The notes under the pieces were generated by a model. It was given only the letters and a program-made list of their open reading frames with translations. It had not been told where the DNA came from and searched no databases. This document shows positions 15,223 to 23,389 of a stretch of DNA of 32,000 nucleotides, in pieces; the stretch's first letter is position 1, and every line of letters begins with the position of its first letter. Source of the DNA: Pseudodesulfovibrio mercurii. GTDB lineage: Bacteria; Desulfobacterota; Desulfovibrionia; Desulfovibrionales; Desulfovibrionaceae. Where the stretch lies: NCBI RefSeq assembly GCF_000189295.2, contig NC_016803.1, positions 2,160,001 through 2,192,000 on the forward strand. Direction: 5' to 3'. Both the position numbers and the translations under genes were made by a program.

Positions 15223-17943
15223 TTAATAACCGTTTCGGTATTTCTCGTTCCCGGCCACGGCGATGCCGACGTGCCGGTGGCCGCCCACATTGTAGCCGTT
15301 GGTCACGGACTGGATGATCTTGAACCCGTTGGACAGGAAGTCCATCTTGTCGTCCGCCGCTTCGGCACTGTACACGTCGGAGTTGACGTATTCGTCCACG
15401 GGGTTGCTCGCCGAGCGCACGGCCCAGTGCACGGGCCAATGGTACGCCCCGGCGGCGTCCTTGAGGAACAGGACCGCCTCGGGCGTCCCGCCCAGGTGGG
15501 CGACCGCGCCCCCGGCTCCGGTGGTGCCGGACCCGGTGTAGTCGATCTCCCGGTACACTCCCGCGTCCGCCCAGACCCACATCTGGTAGGCGTCCCCGCT
15601 CGCGTTGAGCGCGGCGTCGGTGGCCACGGTCACGCCCACGTCGGTGGGCGCGGTATCGTTCCAGCAGGTGGCGGAGGTGGTGGCCGCGTCGGTCGCCAGG
15701 GCGGCCAGGCTCGTGCCCCAGCCCAGGGCGTCGGTGTTGAACACCCACGGGTGGGCGGTCGCGTCGTTGGGCATGATCAGGACCGCGAAGGGGGCCGACC
15801 CCAGACCGTGGACCACGGTGCGCACCGCCCCGGTGCCGGTGTAGGTCACGATGTCGAAGCCGGATTTCGGGCCGACCCGGAGGACCTCCACGGCATAGGT
15901 GTCCCCGTCCGTGAGCAGGTCCGCCGGAATGGTGATGACGCCGCCGGACGCGGACAGGGGGGTGGTCAGTGCGACCCTCGGGGCGCCGCTCGCCGAGGCA
16001 TAGGCGTCGTTCGAGTACCCGAGCCCCGCGACCGTGGAGATGTACCGCCAGTTCTCGTCGGCATCCAGGTTCTTGAGGCGCAGGCCCCAATCCGTGTGCT
16101 CCGCGTCCCAGCCAACGGTGATGGCCCGGGGTGCTCCGGCCGGGGCCGTGAACGTGGTCACGAGCACATGGGCCGACGTGTCGAGGACGGCGGGCTCGGG
16201 TCTGCTGGCGTCGCACAGCGGGAGGAACCCGTCCGGCGGGGCGTACGCATACCCGTGCTGCCCGAAGTCCACCGACACGTAGCCGCCGTTGTATTCGCCC
16301 ACCCCGGGAACCACCGACTGCGGGGCAAAGGTCAGGGTGGGATTTTCCCCGGTCGCTGGATTGCCGCCGAGGATCCACGCGCCGTTGTGGCGGACCCACA
16401 TTTTCCCGGCCGACGGGTCCACGGCCACGCCGAAGACGTCGCCCGCGGCAAAGGGCCCGGCGTATCCGGTGTCGGTCCCGCCGACGCCCTCCGCGTATTT
16501 GAGGAACGAGGAGGCGCTCTGCACGCGGAACCCCCAGGACCCGGCGAAGTTGCCGACCACGTACCCGTATTCCTGCCCGGAGGCGGCGGCGGACGCCACC
16601 CCGAAGGTCTTGTACACTATGCCGAGGTTGGGGTCGCCCACCTCGAAGTAGAACGGGAAGTCGGCCGTCGCCGTACCGAAGACGCTTCGGTTGACCTCGC
16701 TAGGATAGCACCGGAAGGTCAGGTTCCCGTCGCTCAGGGTGCCTGTGGTGCTGCCGACGAATCCCCTGATGGGATTCAGGGTGGCGTGGTTGCTGGTCGG
16801 CGTGTCCACGGACTGACGGGCCCCGGTCAGGGTCCAGTCGTGGCCGTTGCCGGACGCGTCGTGGCCGAGATCGGCCGCGTCCGAGAAGTCCAGCAGGGTG
16901 TGGACGGCCAGGCCCTGCGCGATCAGCCACGCGGTGACGGACATGTCGATGCCCTCGACGCCGGACGTGACCACGGCCGCATTGGGGGCGTTGGCGTCGG
17001 CGGTCAGGGCGACGACGACGTCCGCCACGTCGAGGGTGACGACGGCGTCGTTGTTCCCGCCGGGCGCAACGTACTCGAACGCGCCGATGTCCCAGTTGCC
17101 GGACTCCCGGACGGCGCCCAGGATGTCGTCGGAGAAGGCCCACGTCCCGTCGGCGGCCAGGTCGGCCCCCGTGTCGCGGGCCACGGTGTCCGTGGCGTCC
17201 AGCGCGAAGTCGTCATTGTCGTAATCGGCGAAGACGATGCCGGTGGACGTGCTGTTGTTGCCGGACGCGGCATCGAGCGTCCCCGTGATCGGCGCGGAGC
17301 GGAAGATGCAGTTCTTGACCAGGGGGGTGCCGGAATCCGCCCGGAGGCCGTATCTGCAGTTGATGAACGTGCAGTTGTAGAGCGTGGCGTCGGACACGGT
17401 CTGCGTCCTGATGCCGGCGGTGTACGCGTTGGAACTTGCCGTGAAGTCATAGAAGATCGTGTTGGTCACTATGAACGAGGGCGTGGCGGTATCCTGCGAT
17501 CCGTTGATGCCGCAGACCCCCGTGGAGTCGCCGCCCGGGCCTTTGAATATGCATTTGTCTATATATGTGGACGTGCTGCGCAGATATATGCCGTTGGAAT
17601 ACGATCCTCCGGTTTTATTGAACTGCAAACCGATAATATCCAGACAGCCGAGGCCCGCCTGGTCCGCCAGCAGCAGATTGCCGCTGTCGGAGGCGTAGGC
17701 GTAAGCCTCGTCGTACACACCCATATGCCGCTCGCCGTCGGCGGCCTGGATGACCAGCCTGTTGGCCGCATCGGTCGTCCAGGACGACAGGGTCACGGGT
17801 CCGAGATTGCCGCCGCCGTAACACTCGGCGACGTGCGTATTCCCCGCCCCGACCAGGTTGGCCGCCTCGGCGTAGTCCCACGCGGCGAGGCTGGTGTAGT
17901 CGCCCCCGCCCGCGGGCTTGATGGTTGTCGTGATGGTTGCCAT
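15223..17943 (-). CDS. Multidomain tail spike/fibre: N-terminal right-handed beta-helix, LamG/SPRY-like jelly-roll, C-terminal tandem-duplicated domain
   Basis: 906 aa. The N-terminus GGGDYTSLAAW...NTIFYDF...LYNCTFINCRYGL...VKNCIFRS...DDFALD...NWDIGAFEY shows parallel beta-helix repeats. The middle segment DASGNGHDWTL...GKMWVRHNGAWILGG is LamG/SPRY-like. The C-terminus has two related units, FDIVTYTGTGAVRTVVHGLGSAPFAVLI and YREIDYTGSGTTGAGGAVAHLGGTPEAVLFL. The ATG overlaps the upstream stop (TAATG at 17941-17945). Confidence 0.85.
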   Translation of the reverse strand: MATITTTIKPAGGGDYTSLAAWDYAEAANLVGAGNTHVAECYGGGNLGPVTLSSWTTDAANRLVIQAADGERHMGVYDEAYAYASDSGNLLLADQAGLGCLDIIGLQFNKTGGSYSNGIYLRSTSTYIDKCIFKGPGGDSTGVCGINGSQDTATPSFIVTNTIFYDFTASSNAYTAGIRTQTVSDATLYNCTFINCRYGLRADSGTPLVKNCIFRSAPITGTLDAASGNNSTSTGIVFADYDNDDFALDATDTVARDTGADLAADGTWAFSDDILGAVRESGNWDIGAFEYVAPGGNNDAVVTLDVADVVVALTADANAPNAAVVTSGVEGIDMSVTAWLIAQGLAVHTLLDFSDAADLGHDASGNGHDWTLTGARQSVDTPTSNHATLNPIRGFVGSTTGTLSDGNLTFRCYPSEVNRSVFGTATADFPFYFEVGDPNLGIVYKTFGVASAAASGQEYGYVVGNFAGSWGFRVQSASSFLKYAEGVGGTDTGYAGPFAAGDVFGVAVDPSAGKMWVRHNGAWILGGNPATGENPTLTFAPQSVVPGVGEYNGGYVSVDFGQHGYAYAPPDGFLPLCDASRPEPAVLDTSAHVLVTTFTAPAGAPRAITVGWDAEHTDWGLRLKNLDADENWRYISTVAGLGYSNDAYASASGAPRVALTTPLSASGGVITIPADLLTDGDTYAVEVLRVGPKSGFDIVTYTGTGAVRTVVHGLGSAPFAVLIMPNDATAHPWVFNTDALGWGTSLAALATDAATTSATCWNDTAPTDVGVTVATDAALNASGDAYQMWVWADAGVYREIDYTGSGTTGAGGAVAHLGGTPEAVLFLKDAAGAYHWPVHWAVRSASNPVDEYVNSDVYSAEAADDKMDFLSNGFKIIQSVTNGYNVGGHRHVGIAVAGNEKYRNGY

Positions 17944-18287
17944 TACACTCTGCTCCTCAGCAGGCCGTCCGCCGACAGGACCTCCCAGGACACGGACAGA
18001 AGCCGGTCGATGGTCTCCTGCGGAATCTGCGCCAGATCGATGTAATACCGCCGTTTGTAGAGCGTCTCCACCGACAGCGGATCGCCCGTGCCTTCATCCT
18101 GATACAGGTTGACCACGGGTTGGATCAGCTCCTCCCGCGACAGGGCTTCGGGCGCGGTCGTCACCAGGAAGGACGCCTTCCCGGCAAGGTGCTCCTCGTC
18201 CCCCCACGGGAAACCATCCGGTTTGACGTCGAGGACGTCCCCGGCCAGGTAGCCGTTGCGGGCCTCCATTGCGATCAGTAATTCCAT
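17943..18287 (-). CDS. Hypothetical phage-module protein (114 aa)
   Basis: Start MELLIAMEARNGYLAGDVLDVKPDGFPWGDEE is preceded by GGAGG, which overlaps the upstream stop. The track's longer start (18353) would overlap the upstream gene. Confidence 0.7.
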   Translation of the reverse strand: MELLIAMEARNGYLAGDVLDVKPDGFPWGDEEHLAGKASFLVTTAPEALSREELIQPVVNLYQDEGTGDPLSVETLYKRRYYIDLAQIPQETIDRLLSVSWEVLSADGLLRSRV

Positions 18288-18295
18288 GCTGCCTC

Positions 18296-18571
18296 CTAAC
18301 TGGCCAACGCCATGGTTACGCGGTTGATCCGCTTGCCGTGCCTGCGCTCCCATTCCAGGCGGCGCACGCCGAAGCGGGCCCGCAGGATCAATGCGCCCTC
18401 CGTCAGGTAGGCGCGCTGGAAACAGCCGGACATGCCCATGACGTAGGCCGCCCCGCGCTTCAGGATGATGGTTGCCGCGACCTCGTAGGGATCGCCGTAT
18501 TCCCGGTGGGCCGGACCGGCCCGCAGGACAAGCACGGTCCGGCAGTCGGTGACGGGTGTCAGCGTGACCAT
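18296..18571 (-). CDS. Hypothetical phage-module protein (91 aa)
   Basis: In-frame ATG at 18571 (MVTLTPVTDCRT...) lies 1 nt after the upstream stop. No recognisable motif. Confidence 0.6.
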   Translation of the reverse strand: MVTLTPVTDCRTVLVLRAGPAHREYGDPYEVAATIILKRGAAYVMGMSGCFQRAYLTEGALILRARFGVRRLEWERRHGKRINRVTMALAS

Positions 18572-18572
18572 G

Positions 18573-18989
18573 TTAGACCACCCCGGCATTGCCGGCGGTC
18601 AGGGTGATGGACTGGATGTCCACGGCCACTGACGTCGCGAGATCGGCGTCTCCGATGATGATGTTCGCTCCGCTGCCGGTCTCTCCCACGGAGAGGTCCG
18701 CGATGAACGTGCCCGCGTTCGTGGTCAGCCTGGCCCAGGTGGCGGTCCCGGCGGTGGACGGCAGCACTGCGGCGGGAGCCGTGAGGGACAGGCTCGCGGC
18801 GGCGGCCGTTGCCTCCGCGCAGGGATAGGCCAGCGGGGCCGTGCACAACAGGTTCGTTGTCGCGCCGCCGTTGCTCGGCTGCGTGCCGTCGTAGAAGTTC
18901 AGCGCTCCGGCGGCCTCGTCGGCGTCGATCAGCTCGACGATCCGGTCCAGCAGGGCGTTCCGGACGGTGGTTGAAAATCCAACAGGCAT
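18573..18989 (-). CDS. Hypothetical phage-module protein (138 aa)
   Basis: Start MPVGFSTTVRNALLDRIVELID is preceded by AAGGAG. The protein is Ala/Thr/Gly-rich and looks beta-rich. The track start at 19268 overlaps the upstream gene. Confidence 0.7.
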   Translation of the reverse strand: MPVGFSTTVRNALLDRIVELIDADEAAGALNFYDGTQPSNGGATTNLLCTAPLAYPCAEATAAAASLSLTAPAAVLPSTAGTATWARLTTNAGTFIADLSVGETGSGANIIIGDADLATSVAVDIQSITLTAGNAGVV

Positions 18990-19003
18990 ATAATGCTCCT
19001 TAT

Positions 19004-19435
19004 TTATAAAGTGGTTGGCACCCACAGCCCCGGAACGGGGGGGGATTGCCGATAGAATGTCGTATGGTCCAGCGCGGCTTCGACAATGACCAGCCGCGAG
19101 ACGTATCCGTTCACAGCACCGGTGTATCGAATGAGCGTTTCGGTCAGCAGCTCGGCGTAGGTCGCGGCGGTGGTGGCGTGATTTCCCAACTCGACGTCCT
19201 GCTTCCAGACCGTGACGGTGTCCCCGGCCTTGCGAATTGTCAGCAGGTAGTGATGAGTCGGGTCGCACAGGGGGAAGGCGCTGTCAACCTCCGTGGGCTT
19301 CCAACCGAGCGCCATTGTCGCGTCGGCGGCCACCGCTCCGCTGGAGGAAAACCCGGATTCGCACAGGGCCGAATATCGTAAGGTCTCGGGATAAACCCCA
19401 TTCCCTCCGACGCCCGATTCCTTGGGGGTCAGCAT
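19004..19435 (-). CDS. Hypothetical phage-module protein (143 aa), possibly a LamG/jelly-roll fold
   Basis: Start MLTPKESGVGGNG lies 2 nt after the fibre gene stop, with a GGAGG RBS. The pattern HYLLTIRKAGDTVTVWKQDVELG...GYVSRLVIVEAAL looks like a lectin-type jelly roll; this fold call is inference only. Confidence 0.65.
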   Translation of the reverse strand: MLTPKESGVGGNGVYPETLRYSALCESGFSSSGAVAADATMALGWKPTEVDSAFPLCDPTHHYLLTIRKAGDTVTVWKQDVELGNHATTAATYAELLTETLIRYTGAVNGYVSRLVIVEAALDHTTFYRQSPPVPGLWVPTTL

Positions 19436-19437
19436 GG

Positions 19438-20433
19438 TCAGGCCTCCACATTTTGCAGGGACAAAATGGTTTTTCTCGCATTGTACTGTTCCACGACGAT
19501 GCGGACCTCTCCGGCGTCGGGATCGGGGGACGGCAGTGAGCCGTCGCTCTTGTAGCTCGCGGCCAGGACCAGCCCGTGCCCGGCGGGATAGACGTGGAAG
19601 ACGTAGGTCCCGTCGTAGGGCAGGGCCGCATCGGAGAAGGCGCTGTCCGCCGTCAGGGTCCAGACCACGTGGTTGCGGGCCACGGTGAGCCCGGACAGGT
19701 CGCTGCCCGCGTGGGCCTGGGGTTCGTCGCCGTACACGGCCCGCAACAGGCACGGCACGTCGCCCTTGAGGATGGCCGCGTCCGCGGGCTCCGCCCCGAT
19801 GGCGGCCAGGGCCTCGGCCTCCTCCTCGCACCCGGCCACGGTCAGGCCGACCGCGCCGAAGCCGAGGTTGAACAGGGCCTCGGTGGGATTGTCCGCGTCG
19901 GTCCCGCCCTGGCTGATGGGCACGGGCGTGGTCACCAGGCCCAGGGCGACGACGTCCTTGTTGACCAGGTCGTCGCCGGTCCCGTTCCAGGCCAGCACGC
20001 GGTCCGCATCGGGTTCGGGCAGGTTCACCCCGGTCACGGCCGAGGAGACCCGGAAGGTCAGGGCCCGGTCCAGTTTCTCGGCCAGGGCCTGGCAGATCAT
20101 GGTCAGCTTGTCCAGGGCGGCCTCGTGGGTGGCGGCCGGAAAGGCGTCGTTCTCCACGTAGTCCACCTCCTGGACCATGGCCGGTTCGCGGCGGATGACC
20201 AGGGTCTGGCCCGCCTCGGGCGGCAGGCCCATGGTCAGGGCGCCGCCGGTCTGCTCGCCGACGCCGGACAGGACGTAGTCGGTGCCCTCGGACTGGACCC
20301 ACGCCACGTCCTCGGCATCGACGAGGAGCACGCGGATGTCCTCGTTGCGCAGGAACATGAACGGGATGGCGAAGGCGCTGGTGGAGCCGTTGCCGCCGTA
20401 GATGACCTTGGTTTCGGTTGAGGCGATGGTCAT
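19438..20433 (-). CDS. Tail fibre protein with a T7 gp17-like N-terminal (tail-attachment) domain
   Basis: 331 aa. The N-terminus TKVIYGGNGSTSAFAIPFMFLRNEDIRVLLVD...TDYVLSG...TLVIRREPAMVQEVDYVENDAFPAATHEAALDKL follows the T7 gp17 N-domain pattern as I recall it (Y..DGS...F.IPF.YL....V.V......DY......I.R.T...VDF.DGS.L.A..LN....Q). The ATG overlaps the upstream stop (ATGA at 20430-20433). Confidence 0.8.
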   Translation of the reverse strand: MTIASTETKVIYGGNGSTSAFAIPFMFLRNEDIRVLLVDAEDVAWVQSEGTDYVLSGVGEQTGGALTMGLPPEAGQTLVIRREPAMVQEVDYVENDAFPAATHEAALDKLTMICQALAEKLDRALTFRVSSAVTGVNLPEPDADRVLAWNGTGDDLVNKDVVALGLVTTPVPISQGGTDADNPTEALFNLGFGAVGLTVAGCEEEAEALAAIGAEPADAAILKGDVPCLLRAVYGDEPQAHAGSDLSGLTVARNHVVWTLTADSAFSDAALPYDGTYVFHVYPAGHGLVLAASYKSDGSLPSPDPDAGEVRIVVEQYNARKTILSLQNVEA

Positions 20434-20903
20434 GCCCGGCTCCTCCCGTAGATCTTGGAGCCCAGGGACAGGATGGACCTGTCGGCCGAGCCGCCCTCGT
20501 TGATGCGCAGCATGTTCGCCTGGTTGCGGGCGGAGTTCAGGGCTGAACGGGCGTTCCGCTCGCCCTCGACGAGGACGTCCTCCTCGTCCTGGCGGTCCTT
20601 GAGCCGGTTCGCGTCCCGGACGAGCGCCGTGGACCCGGACATGGCCAGCCCCGAGCCGCCCCAGCGGGCGTTGTCCAGGGAGCGCGAGTGCTCCCGGTCC
20701 TCCCGAAGCCTGGCGGCGTCCTGTTCGGCCCGCCTTCGCAGGTCGTGGGCCGTGCCAGCGGCATCGGTCTCGATGAGCCCCGCGCGGGCCTCGGCCCTAT
20801 CGGACGCACCCTTTTCGCTGTTGCGCTCGCCCAGGAAGTCGGTGACGTCGTCGAACAGGGAGAGTCCCTGTTGGAACATCTGGGGAGAAGCGGTGTTTCC
20901 CAT
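20430..20903 (-). CDS. Hypothetical charged/coiled-coil virion-associated protein (157 aa)
   Basis: Start MGNTASPQMFQQGLSLFDD is preceded by GAGAGGA. The protein is Arg/Asp/Glu/Ala-rich. It sits between the nozzle and fibre genes, a position analogous to T7 gp13; that analogy rests on position only. Confidence 0.65.
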   Translation of the reverse strand: MGNTASPQMFQQGLSLFDDVTDFLGERNSEKGASDRAEARAGLIETDAAGTAHDLRRRAEQDAARLREDREHSRSLDNARWGGSGLAMSGSTALVRDANRLKDRQDEEDVLVEGERNARSALNSARNQANMLRINEGGSADRSILSLGSKIYGRSRA

Positions 20904-20949
20904 GGTTATCCTCTCTTTATGGTTGGGGGTTTTCCCGGTTGTTCGTTGG

Positions 20950-23046
20950 TTATTCATTGATGACGAGCTCCGGAACGATCATGAGCACGGTCATGGGCAG
21001 GGGCTGCTCCTGCACGATGGTCAGCAGCCCGTCGCGGTCCCAGCCCTTGGGGAAATTGACGATCTTGTCCCCCCGGAACGGGCCGGGGGACTGGCCCATG
21101 GGCGTGGCCGGGGAGCGGAAGTAGACGGGTTCGAGCCGGGTCTCGTCCGGCCCGATGAGGCCGCCCAGAGTGTCGTGGAAGCGGGCGGCCACCTTGGTGA
21201 TGCGCTTCCTCTTGGTCTGGGCCGTGCCCCGCTGGCTGCCCGCGTCCAGACGCATGGGCTGCAGCACGGAGCGGTAGGGCAGCCCGGCGTGGACCACCGA
21301 GGCGGGCCTGTCCAGGACCAGGGCGCCATCCGGGGACACGGTGCGGTCCGCCTGCACGGCCCCATCGGCCAGCACGGACACGGTCCGCCCGGCCAGGTGA
21401 GCCAGCCCGGACAGGCCGGACGCGGGCTCCCCCCGGTAGGTCAGGCCGCTGTCCACGAAAAAGGCGTCCTCCATGGTCCCCTCGAAGGGGCGCTCCAGGT
21501 ACTCCACGTACCGGCGGGTCTCCCCGTTGACGGTGCGCAACACGGTGATCCACAGCTCGTCGCGCTTTTCCGCGTCGTTGTAGACCGAGGCCGCGCGCTC
21601 CACCACGCCGTCGGTGACGATGCGCGACCAGGCGGCCACCTCCTGGTCCGGCACGTAGGTCAGGGCCACCAGGATGCCGTCACCGCGCACCCCGTACAGG
21701 ATGGAGTCCGGCTCCTGGACGTAGGCCAGCTGGGTCAGCCCGCCCTCGGTGATGTGCTCCGAGAGCAGGGTCAGGTCCTTGGACACGTAGGCGTCGGACT
21801 CGTAGCGGTAGGACATCTCGCGGATCTTGCGCCCGGCGCGCTGGACGTACAGGGCGGCGAAGCCCACGGCCTCGGGCCGGACGCCGGACGCCCCGCCGGT
21901 GCCCTCCTGGGCGGCCTTGACGTTGGACGGGGTGAGCGGGTCGCTGGACGAGGCGCTCAGGGTCCATTCGCCGCCCGCCGTGCCGATCCACAGGGCGCGG
22001 CGCGGAACGATGAATTCGATGGCGTTGGCCTGGCGGCCGGACAGGGTGACCTCGATGGCGTCGTCCTCCAGCGGCTCCGCCCCGGCCGGGCCGTCGGTCC
22101 GGTCGCCCACCCCGAAGCAGTCCCAGGCCGCGTCGTCGAGCACGCCGTCCTCGTCCCATATGGCCTCGAGCTGGTTGGCGCCGGGCTCGGCCGCGAAGGT
22201 CAGCGTGACGTTGCTGTTGACGGTGGCGTAGTTCCCAGTCCCCTTGTAGCGATAGTACCGGGTGGAACCGTCCGGGTGCTGCCCCTTGAGGGCGTCCCGG
22301 GCCTCGAACCCGTTCCCGGCCAGAAGGAGCACGTTGTCCCCGGCCTTGCCGTCGCGCAGCCCGTCGCCGTTGGCGTCGGCGATCTCCAGGTCACGCCAGC
22401 CGTCCAGGGGCACCTCGCGGGTCCTCAGCCGGAAGTCGGAGAACTCCCCGGTGCGCGACAGCCACAGGGTGGCCGGGCGGGACCGCGTGGCGGCCAGGAC
22501 AAGCCGCTGCTCGTAGAAGCACACGGCCGAGGGATAGTCGTTCTCCCCCCAGGCCTCGGGCTGTCCCAGGAAGGTCATCTCCTCCAGGGTCCAGTCGTCG
22601 TGGTCCACGCGGACCATCTCGCGCACCGGGTGGTCCGGGTGGACCAGGATGAGCGAACCGGCAGACTGGGCGTAGTCCAGCTCGTCGAACTCGTCGGCCG
22701 TGTAGGGGATGTCCCGGACGTAGGGCGCGCCGTCGGACAGGACCAGGCCGTGGCCGGAAAAGACGCGCATGCGCCCCTGCCCGGCCGCGTCCTCGGCGAA
22801 CTCCAGCACGTAGGTCTGCCCCGCGCTGTACTCGAAGGGGATGAGCAGGACCGGCTTGGCCTGGCCCAGGGACTCGGCCACGAACCGGAACCCGGCCCGC
22901 CGCGAGGTCCCGCCATGGGGATGGACGTGGAAATTCAGCAGGGTGCGGCACCCGTTGAAGTACTTGGAGAGGTCGGTCCTCCCCTCCAGCCTCGGCGATA
23001 TCTCGCCCGCCGTGAAATTGGTGATCGCTGGGGTGGCTATGCTCAT
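20950..23046 (-). CDS. Podovirus nozzle / tail tubular protein B-like (phage stabilisation protein family)
   Basis: 698 aa from MSIATPAITNFTAGEISPRLEGRTDLSKYFNGCRTLLNFHVHPHGGTSRRAGFRFV. This N-terminal pattern parallels T7 gp12 (..IKNLKGGISQQPDILRYPDQ....N......GLQKRPP) as recalled from memory. AAGGAG RBS lies upstream of the ATG at 23046; the track start at 23100 adds a basic, non-conserved-looking extension. Confidence 0.75.
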   Translation of the reverse strand: MSIATPAITNFTAGEISPRLEGRTDLSKYFNGCRTLLNFHVHPHGGTSRRAGFRFVAESLGQAKPVLLIPFEYSAGQTYVLEFAEDAAGQGRMRVFSGHGLVLSDGAPYVRDIPYTADEFDELDYAQSAGSLILVHPDHPVREMVRVDHDDWTLEEMTFLGQPEAWGENDYPSAVCFYEQRLVLAATRSRPATLWLSRTGEFSDFRLRTREVPLDGWRDLEIADANGDGLRDGKAGDNVLLLAGNGFEARDALKGQHPDGSTRYYRYKGTGNYATVNSNVTLTFAAEPGANQLEAIWDEDGVLDDAAWDCFGVGDRTDGPAGAEPLEDDAIEVTLSGRQANAIEFIVPRRALWIGTAGGEWTLSASSSDPLTPSNVKAAQEGTGGASGVRPEAVGFAALYVQRAGRKIREMSYRYESDAYVSKDLTLLSEHITEGGLTQLAYVQEPDSILYGVRGDGILVALTYVPDQEVAAWSRIVTDGVVERAASVYNDAEKRDELWITVLRTVNGETRRYVEYLERPFEGTMEDAFFVDSGLTYRGEPASGLSGLAHLAGRTVSVLADGAVQADRTVSPDGALVLDRPASVVHAGLPYRSVLQPMRLDAGSQRGTAQTKRKRITKVAARFHDTLGGLIGPDETRLEPVYFRSPATPMGQSPGPFRGDKIVNFPKGWDRDGLLTIVQEQPLPMTVLMIVPELVINE

Positions 23047-23389
23047 GTCTGCTCGGCTCCTTGGTTTTCGGGGACGCGCCCCGGGCTTGCGAAGGAGCAT
23101 AGCCCCGGGTTTTCGGCCGGGAGGCGATCGGGTACCGAGCGGAGCCGGGAGGTATGAAAAAACGGCTTGACGGACGTTTCGGGCCGGGATGCCCCCGCCG
23201 TCCGCGAGCCGGTTTCACCTTGTCCTGCGAATCAAGGATGTTGCGTACAAAGAAAATACGGCGGCCGAGGGGCGCGAAACACCCTCCGGGGAAGAATGGC
23301 ATCTGATCGGGCAGTAAACGACAAGCAAAAGCGGACAGGGGGTTGTTCGCCCCGGACCGGACCGGACCGGGCGGGACACGGTCCACGTA

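Larger units (their letters stand above)
14776..23046 (-). mobile_element. Prophage-derived podovirus-type tail gene module (nine ORFs); no integrase, att sites, head or lysis genes detected
   Basis: Nine co-directional ORFs with 0-46 nt gaps or overlapping start/stop codons. Three have recognisable phage tail motifs. Both sides are flanked by housekeeping genes. Confidence 0.8.

Noticed and set aside
14776-23046. Diversity-generating retroelement or other hypervariation system acting on the fibre/spike genes, as in the BPP-1 type.
   Set aside because: No reverse transcriptase ORF and no template/variable repeat pair could be found anywhere in the window.
15271-23157. Long plus-strand ORFs (15271-18045, 924 aa; 19576-20421; 20455-23157, 900 aa) opposite the tail module.
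   Set aside because: Their composition is Gly/Arg/Val/Asp-rich nonsense. The minus strand has motif-bearing proteins with RBSs and coupled starts.
14674-23236. 10-bp inverted match CTTGATTCGC (14674-14683) / GCGAATCAAG (23227-23236) flanking the tail module, considered as possible att or TIR remnants.
   Set aside because: Searching about 150 nt against about 350 nt on both orientations gives roughly a 1-in-10 chance of a random 10-mer match. The match is inverted rather than direct. No integrase or tRNA is nearby. This is not convincing on its own.
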